64,000 bases of DNA, taken from Escherichia coli. Lineage in GTDB: Bacteria; Pseudomonadota; Gammaproteobacteria; Enterobacterales; Enterobacteriaceae. Location: the NCBI RefSeq assembly GCF_030013205.1, contig NZ_CP122648.1. One strand, 5' to 3'. Each line of letters opens with the position of its first letter. Position 1 is the first letter of the stretch. The notes beneath the pieces were generated by a model. The model made no database searches and was not told the origin of the DNA. It saw only the letters and a program-made list of their open reading frames with translations. Shown piece after piece: positions 35,097 to 45,666 of this stretch. The translations under genes were made by a program, and so were the position numbers.

Positions 35097-36053
35097 GTGA
35101 GACTCGCCCCGCTCTACCGCAACGCCCTTCTATTAACAGGACTTTTGCTTTCAGGAATAGTCGCAGTTCAGGCCGCCGACTGGCCGCGTCAGATTACTGA
35201 CAGCCGGGGCACTCATACCCTGGAAAGCCAGCCGCAGCGTATTGTTTCCACCAGCGTCACCCTGACCGGCTCACTGCTGGCGATTGATGCTCCGGTGATC
35301 GCCAGCGGCGCGACCACGCCAAATAACCGCGTCGCGGATGACCAGGGCTTTTTACGCCAGTGGAGCAAGGTGGCGAAAGAACGCAAACTGCAACGGCTCT
35401 ATATCGGCGAACCGAGTGCAGAAGCCGTTGCCGCGCAAATGCCGGATCTGATTTTAATTAGCGCAACTGGCGGGGATTCGGCGCTGGCGCTGTATGATCA
35501 GCTTTCCACCATAGCCCCGACATTAATCATCAATTACGACGACAAAAGCTGGCAGGCGCTGTTAACGCAACTTGGCGAAATTACCGGGCATGAGAAACAA
35601 GCGGCAGAGCGGATTGCACAGTTTGATAAGCAACTGGCGGCGGCGAAAGAGCAAATCAAATTACCGCCGCAGCCGGTCACTGCCATTGTCTATACCGCCG
35701 CTGCACACAGTGCCAATCTCTGGACGCCGGAATCAGCACAAGGGCAGATGCTGGAACAACTCGGCTTTACGTTGGCGAAATTGCCCGCAGGGTTAAACGC
35801 CAGCCAAAGCCAGGGCAAACGCCATGACATCATTCAGCTTGGTGGAGAAAATCTGGCTGCAGGGTTAAATGGCGAGTCACTATTCCTGTTCGCCGGTGAT
35901 CAGAAAGATGCCGATGCGATTTATGCTAATCCGCTGCTCGCGCACCTGCCTGCAGTACAAAACAAGCAGGTTTATGCGCTGGGAACCGAGACGTTCCGTC
36001 TGGATTACTACAGCGCCATGCAAGTGCTGGAACGGCTTAAGGCGCTGTTTTAA
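35097..36053 (+). CDS. fepB: periplasmic ferric-enterobactin binding protein
   Basis: 318-aa ORF with GTG start ([20 protein letters not shown]...); matches FepB. Confidence 0.93.
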   Translation: MRLAPLYRNALLLTGLLLSGIVAVQAADWPRQITDSRGTHTLESQPQRIVSTSVTLTGSLLAIDAPVIASGATTPNNRVADDQGFLRQWSKVAKERKLQRLYIGEPSAEAVAAQMPDLILISATGGDSALALYDQLSTIAPTLIINYDDKSWQALLTQLGEITGHEKQAAERIAQFDKQLAAAKEQIKLPPQPVTAIVYTAAAHSANLWTPESAQGQMLEQLGFTLAKLPAGLNASQSQGKRHDIIQLGGENLAAGLNGESLFLFAGDQKDADAIYANPLLAHLPAVQNKQVYALGTETFRLDYYSAMQVLERLKALF

Positions 36054-36056
36054 GCA

Positions 36057-37307
36057 TTAACTGTCGGACGCTGTCACCTGCGGCGGCGTCTGGCGAAAAC
36101 GCCGCAACTCCACCAGCACCAGCAATAACAACACGCCGATAATCAACAAACCAAAACCGCTCGCGCTTGCGGAAGCAACCGGTGTCATCATCGCGCCCAA
36201 ACCGCCCAGCAGCGCCGCGCCTATGGCATCACCCGTCACGTTTTGTGCCGTCCACAAACCGTTAATCCGCCCTAACATCGCTTCCGGGGTTTGCGTTTGC
36301 AGCATTGTATATTGCAGCAACGAACTAACCGCGCTCAGCCAGCCGAACAGCGCCAGACAAACCACGCCTAAAATCCACATCGGCATCAAGCCAAACAGCC
36401 CAATGGCGAGGAACGATCCCAGCGTGGAGAGCAGCATCAATAACCCTGGTCGCGCGCTATGTGCCAGCTTCCCGCTGGTTAACGCGCCAATAGCCGCGCC
36501 GAGCGGGATCGCCGCATAGAGAAAACCAATCTGTGCCGCCGACATCTGCCAGTTGTCAGCCAGCGCCGGATACAGTACCCGCACCGCGCTCGCCATCGTC
36601 AATAAACCACCCAACAGCGCAATCCCTCCTACCAGCGGGCTGGCGAGCAGAAAACGAAATCCTGCCAGTAATGATTTCAACGGATGCTCACGCGGCTGCG
36701 GTGGCGGTGGCAACGCCGGAAGGCTTAACAACGGTAGCAAGGTAATAAACGTGCCCGCCGCCGCCAGCCCGTAGTTCCAGGCTACGCCGCCAGTCGCCAG
36801 CAGTAAACCACCAATCATAGGCGAAATCACCGATCCCAGGCGCACAGTCAACATGGTGATCGCCCCGGCCTGCATTAAGTTTTCACGCCCTACCAGTGCA
36901 GGTGTCGCCGCCAGTAGCGCCGTAACGCCAAGTGATGCGAAAAAACCATCCCATAAACCAAGTAAATAGATTGCCAACAATGACGGCTCCGGCAGCAGTG
37001 CATTAAGGCACAGTCCAATGAAGCCAATGCCACAGGTGCCGCGCGCCAGCAAAATCACTTTTTTGCGTTCATAGCGATCCGCCAGCACACCGCCGACCAT
37101 CAGGCCAACAAACATCGCGCCGCCGGTCAGCGTCACCGAAAGCCCCACCTGCCAGGTAGAATGCGTCATCATCTGGATCTGCACCGGCACCGCGACGCCG
37201 AGCAAACCCAGAGACACAATTGAGATAAAACGAGCGAGGAATACTGCACGAAACGCCGGGTGCGTTTTCAACAGGCTGAGGTTAAGCAGCCAGGATTGTT
37301 TATTCAT
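36057..37307 (-). CDS. entS: enterobactin exporter (MFS)
   Basis: 416-aa MFS-type membrane ORF; matches EntS. Confidence 0.94.
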
Positions 37308-37380
37308 TACAATGCCTTGCCATCAAATATTTTAAATACCTATTTTTAGGCTGCACATGCTAACATATCCAAATAAGATC

Positions 37381-37407
37381 GATAACGATAATTAATTTCA
37401 TTATCAT
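37381..37407. promoter_or_regulatory. Fur box in the entS-fepD divergent promoter region
   Basis: gataacgataattaatttcattatcat closely matches the Fur consensus. Confidence 0.65.
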
Positions 37408-37417
37408 GGAAGTTCGT

Positions 37418-38422
37418 ATGTCTGGTTCTATTGCCGTGACACGCGCCATTGCCGTGCCCGGATTGCTGTTATTACTGATTATCGCGACGGCATTAAGCCT
37501 GCTCATTGGGGCAAAATCACTCCCCGCTTTCGTAGTGCTGGAGGCCCTCTCCGGCACCTGCCAGAGCGCCGACTGCACCATCGTGCTCGACGCGCGACTG
37601 CCGCGCACCCTTGCCGGTTTACTAGCCGGCGGTGCGCTTGGCCTTGCCGGGGCGTTGATGCAAACCCTCACCCGAAACCCACTTGCCGACCCCGGCTTGC
37701 TTGGTGTGAACGCCGGAGCCAGCTTTGCCATTGTGCTGGGTGCGGCGCTGTTTGGTTACTCATCCGCGCAGGAACAACTGGCGATGGCCTTCGCCGGGGC
37801 GCTGGTGGCCTCATTGATTGTTGCCTTTACCGGCAGCCAGGGCGGCGGGCAGTTAAGTCCGGTGCGTTTAACCCTGGCGGGCGTGGCACTGGCGGCGGTG
37901 CTGGAAGGGCTGACCAGCGGCATCGCCCTGCTTAATCCTGACGTCTACGATCAGTTGCGTTTCTGGCAAGCCGGTTCGCTGGATATTCGCAATCTACATA
38001 CCTTAAAAGTGGTGCTGATCCCGGTGCTGATCGCCGGAGCAACCGCACTATTACTGAGCCGCGCGCTGAACAGTTTAAGCCTCGGCAGTGACACCGCGAC
38101 GGCGCTGGGTAGTCGCGTGGCGCGCACACAGTTGATTGGTCTGCTGGCGATTACCGTGCTTTGTGGTAGTGCGACGGCGGTAGTTGGCCCGATTGCCTTT
38201 ATTGGCCTGATGATGCCGCACATGGCGCGCTGGCTGGTAGGTGCCGATCATCGCTGGTCGCTGCCCGTCACGCTACTCGCCACCCCTGCCCTGCTGCTGT
38301 TTGCCGATATCATCGGGCGGGTGATTGTGCCCGGCGAACTGCGCGTTTCTATAGTCAGTGCCTTTATTGGCGCACCGGTGCTGATCTTCCTCGTGCGACG
38401 TAAAACGCGAGGTGGCGCATGA
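37418..38422 (+). CDS. fepD: ferric-enterobactin ABC permease
   Basis: 334 aa from internal ATG (MSGSIAVTRAIAVPGLL...). Confidence 0.94.
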   Translation: MSGSIAVTRAIAVPGLLLLLIIATALSLLIGAKSLPAFVVLEALSGTCQSADCTIVLDARLPRTLAGLLAGGALGLAGALMQTLTRNPLADPGLLGVNAGASFAIVLGAALFGYSSAQEQLAMAFAGALVASLIVAFTGSQGGGQLSPVRLTLAGVALAAVLEGLTSGIALLNPDVYDQLRFWQAGSLDIRNLHTLKVVLIPVLIAGATALLLSRALNSLSLGSDTATALGSRVARTQLIGLLAITVLCGSATAVVGPIAFIGLMMPHMARWLVGADHRWSLPVTLLATPALLLFADIIGRVIVPGELRVSIVSAFIGAPVLIFLVRRKTRGGA

Positions 38423-39411
38423 TTTACGTCTCTCGCCGATTAATCATCACCTGTTTGCTGCTAATTACCGCCTGTGTGGTTGCAGGTATCTGGGGATTAC
38501 GCAGCGGTACCGTCACGCTGGAAACCTCGCAGGTATTCGCCGCGCTGATGGGCGATGCGCCGCGCAGTATGACGATGGTGGTCACCGAATGGCGTTTACC
38601 ACGCGTGCTGATGGCGCTGTTGATTGGCGCGGCACTGGGCGTCAGCGGCGCGATTTTTCAGTCGCTGATGCGTAACCCGCTCGGTAGCCCTGACGTAATG
38701 GGCTTTAACACCGGGGCGTGGAGCGGCGTGCTGGTGGCGATGGTGCTGTTTGGTCAGGACCTGACGGCTATCGCGCTGGCAGCAATGGCGGGCGGCATTG
38801 TCACCTCGCTGCTGGTCTGGCTGCTCGCCTGGCGTAACGGCATCGACACCTTTCGGTTGATTATTATTGGTATCGGCGTTCGCGCCATGCTGGTGGCCTT
38901 TAATACCTGGCTGTTGCTGAAAGCGTCTTTAGAAACGGCGCTAACAGCGGGTTTGTGGAATGCCGGATCGCTCAACGGCCTGACGTGGGCAAAAACCTCG
39001 CCCTCCGCACCCATCATTATATTGATGCTCATTGCCGCCGCCTTGCTGGTGCGGCGGATGCGCTTGCTGGAGATGGGTGATGATACCGCATGTGCGCTGG
39101 GCGTCAGCGTCGAACGTTCGCGTCTGTTAATGATGCTGGTTGCAGTGGTGCTTACCGCTGCGGCAACGGCGCTTGCCGGGCCGATTTCTTTTATTGCTTT
39201 AGTCGCGCCGCACATTGCCCGACGCATTAGCGGCACCGTTCGCTGGGGGCTGACCCAGGCGGCGCTGTGCGGGGCGCTGTTACTGCTGGCGGCCGATCTC
39301 TGCGCCCAACAACTGTTTATGCCGTATCAACTTCCGGTTGGCGTCGTTACCGTCAGCCTCGGTGGTATTTACCTTATCGTCTTGTTAATTCAGGAGTCTC
39401 GCATAAAATGA
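38419..39411 (+). CDS. fepG: ferric-enterobactin ABC permease
   Basis: 330-aa ORF; 4-nt overlap with fepD. Confidence 0.94.
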   Translation: MIYVSRRLIITCLLLITACVVAGIWGLRSGTVTLETSQVFAALMGDAPRSMTMVVTEWRLPRVLMALLIGAALGVSGAIFQSLMRNPLGSPDVMGFNTGAWSGVLVAMVLFGQDLTAIALAAMAGGIVTSLLVWLLAWRNGIDTFRLIIIGIGVRAMLVAFNTWLLLKASLETALTAGLWNAGSLNGLTWAKTSPSAPIIILMLIAAALLVRRMRLLEMGDDTACALGVSVERSRLLMMLVAVVLTAAATALAGPISFIALVAPHIARRISGTVRWGLTQAALCGALLLLAADLCAQQLFMPYQLPVGVVTVSLGGIYLIVLLIQESRIK

Positions 39412-40223
39412 CCGAATCAGTAGCCCGTTTGCGCGGCGAACAGTTAACCCTCGGATATGGCAAATATACCGTTGCAGAAAATCTGACTGTAGAAATACCT
39501 GATGGTCACTTCACGGCAATTATCGGGCCAAATGGCTGCGGTAAATCCACGTTACTGCGTACCTTAAGCCGCCTGATGACGCCTGCTCACGGGCATGTCT
39601 GGCTGGATGGTGAGCACATTCAACATTACGCCAGTAAAGAAGTTGCCCGGCGGATTGGCCTGTTGGCGCAAAACGCCACCACGCCGGGAGATATCACCGT
39701 GCAGGAGCTGGTGGCGCGTGGGCGTTACCCGCATCAACCGCTGTTTACCCGCTGGCGCAAAGAAGATGAAGAAGCGGTAACGAAAGCGATGCAGGCCACG
39801 GGAATCACTCATCTGGCAGGTCAAAGCGTGGATACCCTTTCTGGCGGACAACGCCAGCGAGCGTGGATCGCGATGGTGCTGGCCCAGGAAACGGCAATTA
39901 TGCTGCTCGATGAACCAACGACCTGGCTGGATATCAGTCATCAGATTGATCTCCTGGAACTGTTAAGCGAACTGAACCGCGAGAAAGGCTATACCCTGGC
40001 GGCGGTGCTGCACGATCTTAATCAGGCCTGTCGTTACGCCAGCCATTTGATTGCATTGCGGGAAGGGAAAATTGTTGCTCAGGGAGCGCCGAAGGAGATT
40101 GTCACTGCTGAATTGATCGAGCGCATTTATGGTCTGCGCTGCATGATTATTGACGTTCCGGTAGCCGGAACTCCGCTCGTGGTGCCGCTCGGACGAACGG
40201 CACCTTCAACTGCCAAGATTTAA
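39408..40223 (+). CDS. fepC: ferric-enterobactin ABC ATPase
   Basis: 271 aa from internal ATG (MTESVARLRGEQL...); Walker A GPNGCGKST. Confidence 0.95.
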   Translation: MTESVARLRGEQLTLGYGKYTVAENLTVEIPDGHFTAIIGPNGCGKSTLLRTLSRLMTPAHGHVWLDGEHIQHYASKEVARRIGLLAQNATTPGDITVQELVARGRYPHQPLFTRWRKEDEEAVTKAMQATGITHLAGQSVDTLSGGQRQRAWIAMVLAQETAIMLLDEPTTWLDISHQIDLLELLSELNREKGYTLAAVLHDLNQACRYASHLIALREGKIVAQGAPKEIVTAELIERIYGLRCMIIDVPVAGTPLVVPLGRTAPSTAKI

Positions 40224-41353
40224 ACTAAGTGCTCTTCCATCACGGCATCCTGTTTTCTGGATGCCATCGCATGGCGCAACAGCACGCCACCACAAGCCAC
40301 CATCCCGCCGATCATCGCAGAAAGGATCACAATAATCGCCTTACCCGGACCGTCTTTTTTCACTGGCAATGACGGGCTTAACTGATATTTAAACGGCGTA
40401 AAATTCACATCGTTGATATTTGCTTTTGTTAGCTGCTCAACAAGATACTGGCGATTACGTAATTCACCGTTCAGTTCCGCAACGTCAGTAACCGCTTTTT
40501 CAATTTCCAGTTTGCGTTCAATACCGTCTGCGCCGAGAGAAATAGAGAAATCGGGGTCGTCTTTAACAGCCTGACCATTACTGTAAACGGGCTTTTTAAT
40601 TCCTGCCGCGTTAGCAATGTCGAGTGAATAATTGAGGCGCTGAATGTTTGCATCAAGTTGATTTTTCATTTTAATGCGGTCCTGAGCCAGTTTTTCTTTT
40701 TCAAACTGGGTTTTAAGCTCCAGTCTATTGCGCTCATTTTCTATCGACTCTTTCACCACCAGAGCAGAGATATAATCGATATACCCGCTCAAAACGGTTT
40801 GCGCCTCTTCATTGGTTGGCGCGGTAAAACTTAGCGTCCAGGAGGTATAAAGTGACGGTTCATCTTTTTTCTTACTGGCATTGTCATCAACCGCTTTCAT
40901 TTTTTCGCTCAATGCGACAATTGCGCGATGCAAATCCAGTTCGTCGATTTTCGCCTCTTTTAATTGGTCCATCACATAAGGTGTTGAGCGCAGGTACTCT
41001 TCCAGCAAGCTAACCGACTGAAACTTCTTGATAAACAGGTTAAATGCTTCTGTACGATCAATTTTGATATCCAGATCCAGCACTCGAAGCTTAGTGAATG
41101 TTTTCTCCAGCTCTTGCCACTGAACAGGTTCTGGAGGCGTGACAACCGCCGCGCTGGTCCATTTTTGCGGCAGGATGAAAGAGATCAGCAAGCCTGCGCA
41201 GGCAAACGCAAAAATGACCGCCATGACCGTTTTTTTGGCCCGCCATAAAACTGCGATTAGATTAAGTAAATCAATTTCATTATTACTGGGCGACGCCAGA
41301 GGATACTCAGGAAAATGAGCGTCACTTCCCTGTTTAATATTCAGTGATGACAT
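40220..41353 (-). CDS. fepE: polysaccharide co-polymerase family protein (O-antigen chain-length regulator-like)
   Basis: 377 aa from internal ATG (MSSLNIKQGSDAHFP...). Confidence 0.92.
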   Translation of the reverse strand: MSSLNIKQGSDAHFPEYPLASPSNNEIDLLNLIAVLWRAKKTVMAVIFAFACAGLLISFILPQKWTSAAVVTPPEPVQWQELEKTFTKLRVLDLDIKIDRTEAFNLFIKKFQSVSLLEEYLRSTPYVMDQLKEAKIDELDLHRAIVALSEKMKAVDDNASKKKDEPSLYTSWTLSFTAPTNEEAQTVLSGYIDYISALVVKESIENERNRLELKTQFEKEKLAQDRIKMKNQLDANIQRLNYSLDIANAAGIKKPVYSNGQAVKDDPDFSISLGADGIERKLEIEKAVTDVAELNGELRNRQYLVEQLTKANINDVNFTPFKYQLSPSLPVKKDGPGKAIIVILSAMIGGMVACGGVLLRHAMASRKQDAVMEEHLV

Positions 41354-41515
41354 GGGGTATAACCTGAAAATGAGTCCAATAGGGGAAATCTCCACGGCGC
41401 TCACTTTACCAGTTGGTGATAATTATCCGAAGCTGAAGTTTGTAAATTCCTTCCACTGAATGCAACATTCACTCTATTTAAGAGAAATATTCATCAAACC
41501 TATAAATCAAACAAA

Positions 41516-41552
41516 TAAAAAACCCATAATTATTTTCTGTAATTATGGGTTT
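41516..41552. terminator. hairpin terminator downstream of entF
   Basis: aaaaaacccataattattttctgtaattatgggttt: perfect AT-rich-loop palindrome with A and T flanks. Confidence 0.6.
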
Positions 41553-41567
41553 ATAGATAATGTTAAT

Positions 41568-44500
41568 TTATCTGTTTAGCGTTGCGCGAATAATCGGCCC
41601 AATTTTTTCAAATGCCCCTGGAGAGATAATATCCACATGCGCACAATCCTGACGATAGATATCCAGCTCGGCTATCCACGGCGACCAGACGCGTTCGGGA
41701 TTCATACCTTCCTGAAGCGTGCGTTCAGCAACAAACAGCGTCGCTTTACCGTCAAACGGTACGCTATGAGCAGTCGTCAGCAGGCGCACAGCATCAGCGT
41801 AGTTGCCTTCAATGGTGGTAAACAACTCCGTTGAAGTACTTCCCTGCTGTGCCGCCAGGAAGGCCTCGCGCTCGCGGTTAATCTCCGCCAGCACTTCCGG
41901 GTCCAGGCCATTAGCCTCTTTTTCCTGCCAGTTTTGCGTTTCTGGCGGCCAGGTATCCAGCAAGCCAAGAAATGCCACCTGTTCGCCACGGGCACGCAGC
42001 CGCGCCGCAATACCCTGCGCCAGCGTACCGCCCAGCGAATAACCCAGCAGGTAATAAGGGCCGTGCGGTTGATGCTCAAGTAACGTTGCCAGATGCGCTT
42101 CGCAGACTTCATCCAGATTTGCCGCGGTCTGCATGGGGCCATTGGGGCGCGGCGACTGAATGCCGATAATCGACCATTGTGGATCGAGATAACGCGAGAG
42201 CACGCTGAACTGCCAGGCAAAACCGGACGCAGGATGGAAACAAAACAGCGTCGGGCCATTACCTTCACGCAACGGCAGAATGGTTTCGAATCCCATGCGC
42301 CGGGAGCTGTCTTCTTCACCATCAATAATCGTTGCCAGTTTGGCGACAGTTGACGCGACCATCACCTGCCCCGGCGTCACCTGGCGGGTAAACTGCCGAC
42401 TTAACTGCGCAGCCAGTTTCATTGCCAGTAGCGAATGACCGCCAAGCGCGAAGAAATCAGCATCGGCATCCTGCACGTCACAACCCAGCAACGACGAGAA
42501 TGCCGCGGCGATAATCGTTTCACTGCCCGCTTTCGGCGCACGCCCCGGCGCTTGTGCCTTCAGTTCAGGCAACGGTAAGGCTTTGCGATCCAGCTTGCCG
42601 TTGGCGCTAAGCGGCAACTGCGGAAGTTGCAGCAGAACCACGGGCACCATATGCGGTGGCAATGTTTCGCGCAACTGCGCCTGCAATGCAGTGGTATCCA
42701 ACGGCAGGCCTGATTGCGACACCAGATACCCAACCAACTGACGCGCATCGCCTCCCGTTGCGGCAGCCTGGTTAATAACGCAGGCGTGGGTCACGGCCTG
42801 TTCAACGTCCGGCAGCGCCTGCATCACGCGATCGATTTCGCCCAGTTCGATACGCTGCCCGCGAATTTTTAGCTGATCGTCACTGCGCCCGAGGTACTCC
42901 ACCGCGCCGTTATCCAGCCAGCGGGCAACGTCTCCGGTACGGTACATCCGTTCGCCAGGGGCAAAAGGATTGGCAATAAAGCGGCTGGCGGTCAGATCGG
43001 GTCGTCCGAGATAGCCCTGCGCCAGTTGTATGCCAGTGAGATAGAGATCTCCCGCCACACCCGGCGGCACCGGATGCATCATCGCATCAAGAATACGCAG
43101 GCCCGTATTCCACACCGGATAACCAATCGGCACACTGCTGCCGCGCACCTGAGCCAGTTCCTCGCCAAAAGCCGGATACCAGCTGACATCTACCGCCGCT
43201 TCCGTCGGGCCATATAGATTATGCAACGGCACGCCGGTTAACTGTTGCCATTCGCGGCATAAATCAGCCGGTAAGGCCTCACCACTACAGAAAACCTGTT
43301 TTAACGTCGCGCAATTCTGGCGAGCGGTTTGCGGAGTCAGCGATGCAACAAATGCCGCCAGCATCGACGGCACAAAGTGCGTGGTCGTTACGCCATATTC
43401 GGCAAAGAATTGCTGCATAGCGAGCGGGTCGCGGTGCGCTTCCGGTTCAGCCATCACCAGTTTAGCCCCGGCAATAAACGGCCAGAAAAACTCCCACACC
43501 GAGACATCAAAACTGCACGGCGTTTTTTGGGCAACGACATCTTCGCCTGTAAGCGGGTAGTGGTTTTGCATCCAAAGCAGGCGGTTAACGATAGCCGTCT
43601 GCCCGACCATTACCCCTTTCGGCCTGCCGGTGGAGCCAGAGGTAAAGATGATATAAGCCGTGTGGTGCGGTTGTGAAAGTTGCAGCGGCGCACTGCCCTG
43701 CGGTGTAAGCGGGGCGTTATAGCAAAGGCTGGTTAAATCTGGAACATCGGCAAAGCGCGGCAGTTGATCGTCGGTGGTGATTAACAGCGACGGACGCGCA
43801 TCTTCCAGCATCATTTTCAGGCGATCGTCCGGATAGCCGGTATCCAGCGGTAACCAGGCCGCACCTGTTTCAACAATCGCATGTAGCGCCAGAGTCAAAA
43901 ATACCGAGCGCGGTAGCGCCACCGCCACGCTGTCGCCTGGTTTAACGCCGCGCTCACGCAGCAGATTCGCCAGCGCCACCACCTGCTCGCGCATTTCCAG
44001 ATAGCTGAACTGGTAACGCGCATCTGCCAGCGCCGGAGCATCCGGTGTTTTTGCCGCTTGTTCTGCCACCAGCGCGCTCAGCGTGGTTTCTGGAATCTCA
44101 ACCTGAGTGGCGTTGATCTGCGCTAACTGCGCATACTCACCTGGCAGCATAATATCGACATCGCCGCACAACAGCGCAGGATCCGCGGCGAACTGGGCAA
44201 TCAGCATTTTCAGGCGTTCAGCGTGGTGAATTAACGTTGGCTCATCGTAACGCTGTTTATTGGCGAGGATCTCAATACTCAAATCACCGTGTTCATCCGG
44301 GAACAGGGCCAGTTCAAGGTCATTAACCGGACCGGTTGCCAGGGTATGGGTTCGCGTCTGAACACCAGGAATATCCAGTTGGTAATCAAATACCTTGATA
44401 TTGAGTACCGGACCGAACAGCGGTTCCTCTCCTGCCGCTCGCCCGCTGTCACGGACAATTTGTTCGGCATCGTAACGTTGATGACGACGCATTTTTTTCA

Positions 44501-45449
44501 GTTGTGCTGCCAGTCGGGTTGCCAGTTCCGGCAGCGTTTCTTGCGCCTCAATATGAATACCCAACGGCAAAACGTTGAGCACGGGTCCGGTAGCCGTCAG
44601 CGCCGCCGAGCCCAGTCGACGCATAAAGATAAATCCGGCAGCGTAGTCCATGCGATTGCACAATCGCCCCAGCCACAAGGCTGCCAACGCAAGGGCTAAA
44701 TCGGTACGCTGCACACCTGAAAGTTGCGTAGCCAGCTGGCGGAATTCCCCGTCAGTAAATTCCAGTTTCAGGCGAAGAATATCTGCCGAAGCGCTGCGCC
44801 CCGGTAAAGGTGCCGGAGAAAGTGACGCGGGCGGTGGCAGTTGACGACGCTGTTCCGCCCAGAATGCCGCATCACGCTGCCAGGCTTCACTTTCGCGGTA
44901 CTGCTGATACTCTTCCACTACATCAGCGAAAGGCGTAAACGGCGAAGCAGGCGTTGGTTCGCCACGCAGCCATGCGCAGTAAATATTGGCGATCTGGCGG
45001 GTAATGGCCGGGAAACTGAAGCCATCGACCAGCAAATGGTGATAACGCTGATACCAGTACCAGCGGTTATCCGCCACCAGTATCAACTGATGAAAGACCA
45101 GTGGTTTACCGCTATCGACGCGCAGATCTTGTTGCAATTCCGCCTGCATTAATGCCCGCGCAGTACCGTGCGGATCAATGTTGGTTCGCAGGTCGATAAT
45201 TTCTGGCAGTTCGAACGTCAGCGCATCATCGACCCACTGCCAGACTTCGCCGTTATCTTCCGTAAAACGCATCCGCAGCGTATCTGCTTGCGCTAATCCG
45301 GCAACCACCGCGCGGGCCAGTAATGGCGCATCAACCTCTCCGGTTAACTCAACGTAATGCGCCACGCTCCAGGCGGAGGGTAAATCCGACAGTTTTTCTG
45401 CCATCCAGATGCCGGGCTGTGCAGCGACCAAAGGTAAATGCTGGCTCAT
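41568..45449 (-). CDS. entF: enterobactin NRPS (serine-activating C-A-PCP-TE)
   Basis: 1293 aa from internal ATG (MSQHLPLVAAQPGIWMAEKL...); the track ORF carries a 46-codon upstream extension. Confidence 0.96.
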   Translation of the reverse strand: MSQHLPLVAAQPGIWMAEKLSDLPSAWSVAHYVELTGEVDAPLLARAVVAGLAQADTLRMRFTEDNGEVWQWVDDALTFELPEIIDLRTNIDPHGTARALMQAELQQDLRVDSGKPLVFHQLILVADNRWYWYQRYHHLLVDGFSFPAITRQIANIYCAWLRGEPTPASPFTPFADVVEEYQQYRESEAWQRDAAFWAEQRRQLPPPASLSPAPLPGRSASADILRLKLEFTDGEFRQLATQLSGVQRTDLALALAALWLGRLCNRMDYAAGFIFMRRLGSAALTATGPVLNVLPLGIHIEAQETLPELATRLAAQLKKMRRHQRYDAEQIVRDSGRAAGEEPLFGPVLNIKVFDYQLDIPGVQTRTHTLATGPVNDLELALFPDEHGDLSIEILANKQRYDEPTLIHHAERLKMLIAQFAADPALLCGDVDIMLPGEYAQLAQINATQVEIPETTLSALVAEQAAKTPDAPALADARYQFSYLEMREQVVALANLLRERGVKPGDSVAVALPRSVFLTLALHAIVETGAAWLPLDTGYPDDRLKMMLEDARPSLLITTDDQLPRFADVPDLTSLCYNAPLTPQGSAPLQLSQPHHTAYIIFTSGSTGRPKGVMVGQTAIVNRLLWMQNHYPLTGEDVVAQKTPCSFDVSVWEFFWPFIAGAKLVMAEPEAHRDPLAMQQFFAEYGVTTTHFVPSMLAAFVASLTPQTARQNCATLKQVFCSGEALPADLCREWQQLTGVPLHNLYGPTEAAVDVSWYPAFGEELAQVRGSSVPIGYPVWNTGLRILDAMMHPVPPGVAGDLYLTGIQLAQGYLGRPDLTASRFIANPFAPGERMYRTGDVARWLDNGAVEYLGRSDDQLKIRGQRIELGEIDRVMQALPDVEQAVTHACVINQAAATGGDARQLVGYLVSQSGLPLDTTALQAQLRETLPPHMVPVVLLQLPQLPLSANGKLDRKALPLPELKAQAPGRAPKAGSETIIAAAFSSLLGCDVQDADADFFALGGHSLLAMKLAAQLSRQFTRQVTPGQVMVASTVAKLATIIDGEEDSSRRMGFETILPLREGNGPTLFCFHPASGFAWQFSVLSRYLDPQWSIIGIQSPRPNGPMQTAANLDEVCEAHLATLLEHQPHGPYYLLGYSLGGTLAQGIAARLRARGEQVAFLGLLDTWPPETQNWQEKEANGLDPEVLAEINREREAFLAAQQGSTSTELFTTIEGNYADAVRLLTTAHSVPFDGKATLFVAERTLQEGMNPERVWSPWIAELDIYRQDCAHVDIISPGAFEKIGPIIRATLNR

Positions 45450-45664
45450 TGCGCCTCCTGCAACTGGGTGAAATTCGACGGTGTCAGAGTACGCCAGTGG
45501 GCTTCCAGCCACTGCTGGCAGGACGCCTGTGACTGCGGCTGACACACAACGTCCCAGCCTGCCGGTAAGGCGCATTGTTGCGGCCACAGACTGAATTGCC
45601 CCTGCGCATTGCGCAAAATGTAAAACGCTCCCTGCGGATCATCGAAGGGATTACTGAATGCCAT
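45446..45664 (-). CDS. ybdZ: MbtH-like protein
   Basis: 72 aa (MAFSNPFDDPQGAFYILRN...); 4-nt overlap with the entF start. Confidence 0.93.
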   Translation of the reverse strand: MAFSNPFDDPQGAFYILRNAQGQFSLWPQQCALPAGWDVVCQPQSQASCQQWLEAHWRTLTPSNFTQLQEAQ

Positions 45665-45666
45665 AT

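Noticed and set aside
41777-42325. 182-aa alternative-frame ORF inside entF, and N-terminal extensions of track ORFs (entF, fepC, entD, fepA, nfsB and others)
   Set aside because: Real starts were placed at the internal codons that match the known protein N-termini; the extensions arise because the ORF finder runs back to the first permissive start codon, including GTG.
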